From Schizosaccharomyces osmophilus (taxonomy: Eukaryota), in NCBI RefSeq assembly GCF_027921745.1, contig NC_079238.1, forward strand, positions 2,356,001-2,420,000: a stretch of 64,000 nucleotides of DNA. Reading direction: 5' to 3'. The position numbers and the translations under genes are program-made. Positions 56,963 through 64,000 of this stretch are shown here, piece by piece. Within the stretch, counting starts at the first letter, position 1, and every line of letters starts with the position of its first letter. The notes below the pieces were generated by a model. It was not told the DNA's origin, did no database searches, and saw nothing but the letters and a program-made list of their open reading frames with translations.

Positions 56963-57448
56963 ATGCCTTACAGAAACGACAGAAAAAAATCTGCAAAAAG
57001 AAACCCAGATTCCATTATCCATGGCCGTGTTCCTAGCAAAAAGACGATCAAAAAACATTTAAGAAATGGAAAATATGTACGTCGTATTACCTAAAAAATA
57101 GTAAATGCTAGACTGGAACCTCGTAGAGAACAAAATTCTATAGTCTGCATTATGCTTACATTGGACTGTAGGAATAATGCGTTACTAACAACTGGTCATT
57201 AGTCTTTACAGCGTCTAGCTGAACAAGGAATCCATTTGGACGATGCTATGATGGGTAAGTACTACTGGCAAGGAAACCGATTGTGCCACTAACACATAAT
57301 AGAAATCGAAGCTGTGAGCGACAACAAAGAAAGGAAAAACAAAAACAAGCTTTTTGGCAATTCTGAAGAAGAACAACAGGATAACTTTATGAGTGTCGAT
57401 CAACCAGCGGGCAAGGGCACAATTCTCGGCGTTCCTCCATCTTTTTAA
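56963..57448 (+). CDS. alb1: Pre-60S shuttling factor Alb1; join(56963..57076,57203..57254,57303..57448), 103 aa
   Basis: SKKTIKKHLRNGKY and C-terminal GKGTILG motifs; two canonical introns (GTACGT/TACTAAC/TAG and GTAAGT/CACTAAC/TAG). Confidence 0.82.
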
Positions 57449-57635
57449 ATATCTATTTTCATACATATTGCAACTAGTTTTGGGTTTAAATAATATTGAC
57501 TGGGTTTGGATTTTTTGATAATCCTTCATAGACTAAAACATACAGATTCGTAATAATAGGCTTGACCTGTCATTAATTCTTTGTAACAAAATTCATGAAT
57601 CGCTTTCAATAATTCGTTCGTTCTCTAGCAATGCT

Positions 57636-59486
57636 TTAGTTGTTGAAAGGACTCAATATTTTTTGAAATACTTGCTTGCACTGTATTTTTGCACCCAGCT
57701 TGGAGCACAACAAAAAGTGTCCACTCAGTCTTCGGTGAAGGGAATATGTCTCCTCAGGAGGTGGTTGAAGTCGCAATTGCAGCATTAGTGGTATTTGCTC
57801 TTTTACACGTTCTGTAATCGTTTGGTGCCCAAAGTCATATATATCTGGGGCATCAAATGCAAACGGCTCAGCAAGAGTAAATATGGACTCCACATGTGCA
57901 TTTATCATTGCTTTCGATTCGTGTTTACTCAAATATCCTAGCTCCTCCGATAGTTGTTGACAAGCGTCCTTATCCCGTCTTGCACCAGCAAGCAAAAGTC
58001 GACAATATTTTGAAATAAACTCTTGGCTGTATTCAATAGAAGCTCCAAAATCCAAGAGCTCCAACTGGTGTGTGTGTGTATTATACAGAAAGTTTGACCA
58101 ATTAGGGTCAGTCTGCATACAATGAAAGTCAGCAATCTCTTTAAAACATAGCTCTGTTAAAATCGTTCCAATTTTGTTTCGAAGCTCTTGTGTATACACA
58201 ATTTTCCCTAATGCAATACCGTGTAGATACTCCAATGCTAACACTGTCGGACCAGATGCTTCCCTAAACACTTTGGGAACTCTCAAGCGTTGATCTTGTT
58301 TCAGAAGCATTCCAAACCTTTCCACAAAATCTGCCTCGCGCATGTAATCACACTCCAAGGCCAATTCTTTTCTGGCAGCTGCAATACTATTCTCCAGAAA
58401 TAAACCTTTAGGTAAAAGTCGAGAAGCCCTCAATAATATTGACAAATTATTTAAATCGGAGTCAATTGAATTTTTGACACCGGGATATTGGACTTTAACT
58501 GCAACTAAAGTACCATTGGAAGCCAATCTTCCTCGGTGAACTTGTCCTATAGATGCGGCCGCCATCGGACTTTTTTCAAACTCGGAAAAGAGGCTCTTCC
58601 AGTCTTTGCCCAGGTTTTGCGCCATCACCTTTTCAAGTTGCTTGTCAGGCATTGCATGGGCACTATCACGCACACGTTCTAGGATATGTGCAATGTGCCC
58701 AGGAAACATCTTGCTATCTTGAAACGACAACATTTGCCCAAGCTTTAGCGCTGCACCTCTCATTTGACTCAACTTGTTCACCAGTATTTCAATGTTCCTT
58801 TCATTAAGTAAAACACCGCCCTCTTCTTTACTAGATCCCCAAACTCGTTTTAATTTTTCCCCTACGGCGCCAACGGAGAGAGAAGTTGCAAGGCCTCCGT
58901 AATGCCAAAGTCTACTCCATTGTGAAGAAGGGACTTTTGAAGCCTTGAGAGGAATGCTAGGAGGCTTTTGAAATGCTTCCGTTTCTAACTCCTTCAAATG
59001 ATGTGCTTTTTCTTTCACTATCTCCTCATTTTGCTTACGCTCATAAAACGTATTTGACTGATTTGGTTTAATTGTAGGATTTACTTCAGAGCTAAGGGGA
59101 TCATTGGTTTTCGTCTGAGGTTTTCTGTCGCTAACAAAATTGGTAAGCTTAGGATCGTAATTCAATTCCTTCTTTTCATCCAGAATTGGAGTATGCTTTC
59201 CGTTCATAACTTCACCAGGCGTAAGTACTTCCGAATCCTTCGCCAAAGATTGCAAGCTTTCAGTAGCTTTTTTCGTTTCTTTTTCATGACAAGCAACCTT
59301 TACTTTATCATCTTCAATGTTTCCTACATATGATTTTGAAAGTACAGGTCCTTGTTTCTTCAGTGTTGAGGCATTTATAAACGGTTTTTGGTGATAAATC
59401 GACCTCCCGCTTTTCCAATATATACTCGCAACATTCTTAATTGCTGAACTTAGGGTAATGAATTCCCACAAGCCCGAATTACCCAT
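57636..59486 (-). CDS. abc1: ABC1/COQ8 atypical kinase (ubiquinone biosynthesis)
   Basis: MRGAALKLGQ (KxGQ), AAASIGQVH, VAVKVQYPG, QTDPNWSNF and DFGA motifs. Confidence 0.95.
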   Translation of the reverse strand: MGNSGLWEFITLSSAIKNVASIYWKSGRSIYHQKPFINASTLKKQGPVLSKSYVGNIEDDKVKVACHEKETKKATESLQSLAKDSEVLTPGEVMNGKHTPILDEKKELNYDPKLTNFVSDRKPQTKTNDPLSSEVNPTIKPNQSNTFYERKQNEEIVKEKAHHLKELETEAFQKPPSIPLKASKVPSSQWSRLWHYGGLATSLSVGAVGEKLKRVWGSSKEEGGVLLNERNIEILVNKLSQMRGAALKLGQMLSFQDSKMFPGHIAHILERVRDSAHAMPDKQLEKVMAQNLGKDWKSLFSEFEKSPMAAASIGQVHRGRLASNGTLVAVKVQYPGVKNSIDSDLNNLSILLRASRLLPKGLFLENSIAAARKELALECDYMREADFVERFGMLLKQDQRLRVPKVFREASGPTVLALEYLHGIALGKIVYTQELRNKIGTILTELCFKEIADFHCMQTDPNWSNFLYNTHTHQLELLDFGASIEYSQEFISKYCRLLLAGARRDKDACQQLSEELGYLSKHESKAMINAHVESIFTLAEPFAFDAPDIYDFGHQTITERVKEQIPLMLQLRLQPPPEETYSLHRRLSGHFLLCSKLGAKIQCKQVFQKILSPFNN

Positions 59487-59926
59487 GTCCTTTAACTATA
59501 ATCGTTTCTTAACTATTCATACAGTTAATGAAGAACTAGGTTCCGCTTTTGTAAAAAGATAGTAAAAGTAACTTTAAATGAGCTTTAATATTCAAACAAA
59601 TTGAACAAGCGTTGCTTTATCCTGAACAATTAATACCTTTAATCGCTAGATATATGGTGGAACAAGTATGAAACTAAGCACTCCTACACTTCGAATCTGA
59701 ATCATTCATTAACAATTCGATAATTTTTACGAATATATAATCCAACGCACAAGTAATGAATGAATGGAAATTTATTACAGGGAAAAATATCTTACTCGTT
59801 TGCTTTCCTCTTAGCAAAGCAATGTAATCATAAGTAGACGATTGATAAATAAATAATATTCACTCCAAAATTAGATGTGAAAATCAAATAAAAAACATAA
59901 ATGTAAACTCTAATAAGTACTTAAAT

Positions 59927-62900
59927 TTAATGTACAATCCAGTTCTTCCTCTGAACAACTATTCCTTCAATAATCATCGAAGGAAGACACTCTGATTTTG
60001 ATACAGCGGTAAAAAGTTGTCCTATTTGACCAACTCGAGCATACTGAGCATCAGAAGTACTATCAGAACCAGTAGTTTTCATATGGTCATTACGCAAACC
60101 AGCAAACGAGTGAAAGACATTTCTTTTCGCTAAGGAAGACACAGTCCTTTCCTTTGATTGATTATTCTGGTTCAACCTAGCAAAAACAGATGGACTAAAG
60201 CCGGGAGGTGGAACCGGATACCAGTTCGATGGGGCGGGTTTGATTATAGGAGTAGATGTATTAAGGAAAAATCCAGGAACAGCAGATTTATCTCCTTGGT
60301 TGTTCCGAGTTCTTCGATTTCCTTCTTGTAGTCTAGATTTTCTAGTAGTAATTAAAGCAGACGGCTCGAACTTATACGGCAAATGAGAAAACATAAGATG
60401 CTCCTGGAATTCTTCGTAGTTAGATAACCCTTTTTTGCATCCAGGAACTTTGCAATTATGCTGTATCTTTTCAAGATGTTCCCTAATGTGAGCGTCCATT
60501 TGTCCAGAACCTAAAGACAAAAAACACTGATTCCAGCAACATTTTAATGTGGAGCCCTCATCTGTACATTGAGTATGTAATTTTTTTATATGTGTAAACA
60601 AGTTTTCTAGAGAATGCAAATTGGCTTCACAACTAGTCCACTTGCACTTAAATTCGGTAAAACCCTGCGGAAGTGATTTTAACGAAGTATAGACTTTTTG
60701 CTTATCCGCCTCAATTCCTTCTAGTAAAATTGGTGTTTCCATGAGAGGAACATCTTGATTGATGTTAGTTGCTTTTAACTGCATTGATAAATCGGAAGCA
60801 GAGTTGTTCACATCGCTTGACGCATTTAGTAACTCATGACCAAGTGATTGAAAATCATTTGTGGGAAGATCAACTTCGGAAGATTCCGTGTTAACCGGTT
60901 GTAATGTGTCCTTCTCTATGTCAATGTGTTGAGATTTATTGATGAAAGAAGAATCCAAAGAAGGCTCTTTCTCTATTGAAAGCATATCTGACGTCTCTCT
61001 ACTTTTTCCAGCTTCTTCATTGAAAGAATTAGATGTACTCGACTGTTGGGCTGAATCGTCATTCAATAGCGTCTTGATATTTAACAATCCTTGGTTTTCA
61101 GGAATTCCAATTGTCAATAAAGTAGGATCAGAAGATGCATCAACACTTTCGATGGAACGTTTTTTTATATTTCCATCTGATTTGCTGTTCTGCTCAACAT
61201 TGACCTCTGATAATACTGCATCTCTAAATTGGTTTTCACTATCGGAAGAATCGGTAATTTGTATAGTTTGAGGCACATATGAGTTACGTGTTTTCTCGGC
61301 TTCGCTATTCGTAAGATTTGAACTTTGCAATCTGTCACCGGCTTCAACATCAATCTGAGAATTAGTCAATTTAATTACCTCGTCGTCCTTATTAGATATC
61401 AATGAATGTGATTTTTGGTTATTATATTCATCAACTTGCTTTGAAGAATCTTCAGTTCGAATAGGATCCTCTCGTCCAGGTAACTCTTTGTTTGGTTTTT
61501 GCGTAAACTCCTTTCTGTAAGTTTCTGTCTGTTCGGTTTCTTGGTCCCTTTGCTCATTAATAGGCTTCTCTATAACTTCAATCAAATGTTCGGTATCACC
61601 TGGAAGGATTGAATTTACATTGTGTTTAACATGTGCGACATCAATATTTTTAGCCAGATAGCTATCAACTGCAACGTTGCTGGTCTCTTTGGAAGCCTTG
61701 ATTGATGATAGATCAATGTTTTCAAGTGCAAAATCATTACTAGATTTCTTACTTTCCACGTGCGTTTTGACGCGCGCAGCTTTGGTGTTAGAATTCTGTT
61801 TTCGATTGTGAAGTAAATTCGGTCTGTAGTTAGAAAGGCTGAGCAAAGGAACGTCTTCGCCGACTTCGTTCTCTTGTGTTTGCTCAGTTTCCGGAAGCTT
61901 TTCTGCAGAAGGCGTTGGTACTTTAGTAGCAACTTTCTTAGACGTGCCAGGTTTTCTATTACCTGGTAGCTTATCAAACCTATCTAAGAGCTGATTATGG
62001 TTCGATGGGTAACTTTTTGACAATGAGAAACATAGCTTCTTGTCATCTAGAACTTGTACTCTATTTCGTTCACGTAAGCGTTCTGCATCTGAAGGAGACA
62101 AATTCAACTGTTTAATCGCTTTTTCCATAATTTCTTTGTTTTCCATGATTTCATCGTTGAAGCGACGATGCTTAAGAAATGAGCCATCAGGTCTAAAGCT
62201 AGAAGGCGAGAGCGATGGAAATTGTGAAGAAACAAGAGAAATTGCATCCCAATCAGCCAAATTTCGTAAGTCACCTTTCATGTTTGGTCCTAATTCTCCT
62301 TTTTCTAATTTATTTTCCATAAGCTTCAACTCAAGGGATAAATTCAATCGAGGCTTGTCGGGTTCGGATTTTGAGAAATCATTAGTGGAATATAAAATTG
62401 CACTACCAATATTATCAGGAGTCAAATAAGGAGAAACATCTGGATAAACTTTTTGAAAATTGAATTGAGAAGTAGACGGCTCTACAGCCTTAGGTGTTGA
62501 TGAGTCACCGTTGGGTAGATTTTGTGATACTTCTTGACTCGGTTGATGAGGTTTTGATGATGACTTACTGCTTAATGTAGAAGCCGGATATACTTGACTG
62601 GGCGGTTCATTAGGACGAACGTTACTATGTTCAAAAGACGGGGGTACTGACTCGTTCGTTACTCGATGTGGCCGATTAGGCCACAAAGGTACAGATTGGC
62701 TATTCGCGATGCTAGGAACGGAAAATCTATTTGAAGCTGTCGCATGTATCTTAGCATCTAAAGGATCTGAAGGAAGTGAAGAAAAAGGTCCAGGACGGTG
62801 AGATTTCTGATTTTCGGTAGAAGCGATATTTGTAGGATACGGTGGATTATTTGCTATACGATTTTCGAGAGGAAGCTGCTTTAATAGACTAGATTGATTA

Positions 62901-63442
62901 TTCACCGAAGACTGTGGTAAATATGTAGGAGAAGCTGTATTCAATTCATGGTTTCCTGGAGACTTAAAAGGCACTTCATTTCCACTGCTATTGCCTGTTT
63001 TTACTGGTTTTCCAAATGAAGTCGGTACAGCAGTATTCGCAACAGGGTTTGATAGAAAAGTAGATGAATATCCATAATGTTCAATGGATGCTGTACTTTT
63101 ATTCCCCGCCAAAACAGATATGAATTTAAGCAATTGCCTAGAGTAAATTTCAACGGGTGGTGGATTTACAAAAAAACCAGTCTTCAAGACCTCCTGAAAC
63201 ATGTTATTAATCACGGAAATATCGTTTATTGGTCCTTTCATTCTTGTGGCCATCAACCATGGCCGTAGTATTTTGTATCCAGAAAAAATGTAATGAAGAA
63301 CACCAGGAGGAACTGATGTATTAAATTGCATTTTGAGTTCCATTGTAAGAAGATGATATACAGAAAAGAAGTATATCAATCTCCTTTGTTGGATTTCATG
63401 CAATGCTTTTGCACAATTGGGATCATCTTCCTGCATAATCAT
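59927..63442 (-). CDS. clr1: SHREC complex scaffold Clr1 (C2H2 zinc fingers), ~1171 aa
   Basis: Long disordered ORF with three C-terminal C2H2 fingers (CKWTSC..H....H etc.); start taken at the first in-frame ATG (MIMQE) and uncertain; name from synteny. Confidence 0.82.
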   Translation of the reverse strand: MIMQEDDPNCAKALHEIQQRRLIYFFSVYHLLTMELKMQFNTSVPPGVLHYIFSGYKILRPWLMATRMKGPINDISVINNMFQEVLKTGFFVNPPPVEIYSRQLLKFISVLAGNKSTASIEHYGYSSTFLSNPVANTAVPTSFGKPVKTGNSSGNEVPFKSPGNHELNTASPTYLPQSSVNNQSSLLKQLPLENRIANNPPYPTNIASTENQKSHRPGPFSSLPSDPLDAKIHATASNRFSVPSIANSQSVPLWPNRPHRVTNESVPPSFEHSNVRPNEPPSQVYPASTLSSKSSSKPHQPSQEVSQNLPNGDSSTPKAVEPSTSQFNFQKVYPDVSPYLTPDNIGSAILYSTNDFSKSEPDKPRLNLSLELKLMENKLEKGELGPNMKGDLRNLADWDAISLVSSQFPSLSPSSFRPDGSFLKHRRFNDEIMENKEIMEKAIKQLNLSPSDAERLRERNRVQVLDDKKLCFSLSKSYPSNHNQLLDRFDKLPGNRKPGTSKKVATKVPTPSAEKLPETEQTQENEVGEDVPLLSLSNYRPNLLHNRKQNSNTKAARVKTHVESKKSSNDFALENIDLSSIKASKETSNVAVDSYLAKNIDVAHVKHNVNSILPGDTEHLIEVIEKPINEQRDQETEQTETYRKEFTQKPNKELPGREDPIRTEDSSKQVDEYNNQKSHSLISNKDDEVIKLTNSQIDVEAGDRLQSSNLTNSEAEKTRNSYVPQTIQITDSSDSENQFRDAVLSEVNVEQNSKSDGNIKKRSIESVDASSDPTLLTIGIPENQGLLNIKTLLNDDSAQQSSTSNSFNEEAGKSRETSDMLSIEKEPSLDSSFINKSQHIDIEKDTLQPVNTESSEVDLPTNDFQSLGHELLNASSDVNNSASDLSMQLKATNINQDVPLMETPILLEGIEADKQKVYTSLKSLPQGFTEFKCKWTSCEANLHSLENLFTHIKKLHTQCTDEGSTLKCCWNQCFLSLGSGQMDAHIREHLEKIQHNCKVPGCKKGLSNYEEFQEHLMFSHLPYKFEPSALITTRKSRLQEGNRRTRNNQGDKSAVPGFFLNTSTPIIKPAPSNWYPVPPPGFSPSVFARLNQNNQSKERTVSSLAKRNVFHSFAGLRNDHMKTTGSDSTSDAQYARVGQIGQLFTAVSKSECLPSMIIEGIVVQRKNWIVH

Positions 63443-64000
63443 TACCAACAGATTATATAGCGCCGTTGAGATGAGACAAAGCAATCAACAATAAGTGTCG
63501 AATGAAAAAAAAAATCATAGAAAAAGAGAATAAACATGGGACCAGCCCATATATAATACCTTTATGCCAAAGCAAATGACCTTGAACAAGGCGAAGAGAT
63601 AAAGTATAAAGTGCAACCGCCAGGAGAGGCGACTTGCAAGATTATATTGATTACTATACGAAGCTATATAATCATATAAACTGTTATTAGTATATTATAT
63701 AACTATAAAGAAATTAAATATTATAATTTGTAAACAAAGCAAAGATTATATAAAATTTAGAACTGCAACAAATAAACTTTAAATACAAAAATAGAATTGC
63801 GCTGTTGCTTTTAACAAGAATATAAAATTCAAAGAGAGTTGAGGCTTGGGACATTTGGCTGGTCTAAGCAGAAATGAATACTTTTCTGTATTCCCATTGA
63901 ATGAATTAAATTTCTGTACAGCACATCTTCTTATCCATGTAACAAAGTGACCCTAATCCACGAACGCTTGTTAGAAGGATTTAGATTATTGCTACATGAA

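Noticed and set aside
1..64000. tRNA/rRNA genes, Tf-type LTRs, wtf genes, CRISPR arrays
   Set aside because: No convincing A/B-box cloverleaf, TG...CA LTR with target duplication, RT/integrase ORF or repeat-spacer array seen by eye; tRNAscan-SE and a repeat search would confirm.

Overview
Gene-dense, AT-rich fission-yeast DNA. It is Schizosaccharomyces but probably not S. pombe itself; an octosporus/cryophilus/osmophilus-type species is likely, though the species cannot be fixed from sequence alone. Gene order matches my recollection of the S. pombe chromosome II block SPBC30D10/SPBC13E7/SPBC15D4/SPBC2D10: pha2, smi1, rpl1, rbd1, brf1, vrp1, leo1, orphan, msd1, gpi14, atp16, vts1, cwf24, cwf22, pho2, taf73, 2H-phosphoesterase, mug98-like, Mam33-like, amo1, cystathionine gamma-synthase, small ORF, atg9, naa30, CobW/Zng1, U1 snRNA, gpt2, slm9, gsf1, klp9, ubc1, alb1, abc1/coq8, clr1. 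Introns were reconstructed by hand from GT..branch..AG signals with frame checks. No transposon or CRISPR was seen. Best leads: (1) the ~440-aa N-terminal extension of Gpi14 looks like a catalytically degenerate fungal lycopene-cyclase/phytoene-synthase (CrtYB/CarRP) fused to PIG-M; (2) the 331-nt rpl1 intron is heavily structured, with a uL1-binding-site-like hairpin near the branch point and two mutually exclusive helices at the 5' splice site, suggesting an autoregulatory splicing switch; (3) Cwf24 carries a fused Naa50-like acetyltransferase with catalytic residues apparently intact; (4) the brf1 leader has a perfect 15-bp hairpin plus uORFs; (5) a 133-aa ORF ends 49 nt before atg9; (6) ubc1 has a 4-nt microexon. 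Homology calls rest on motif recognition and recalled sequences, not on database searches.
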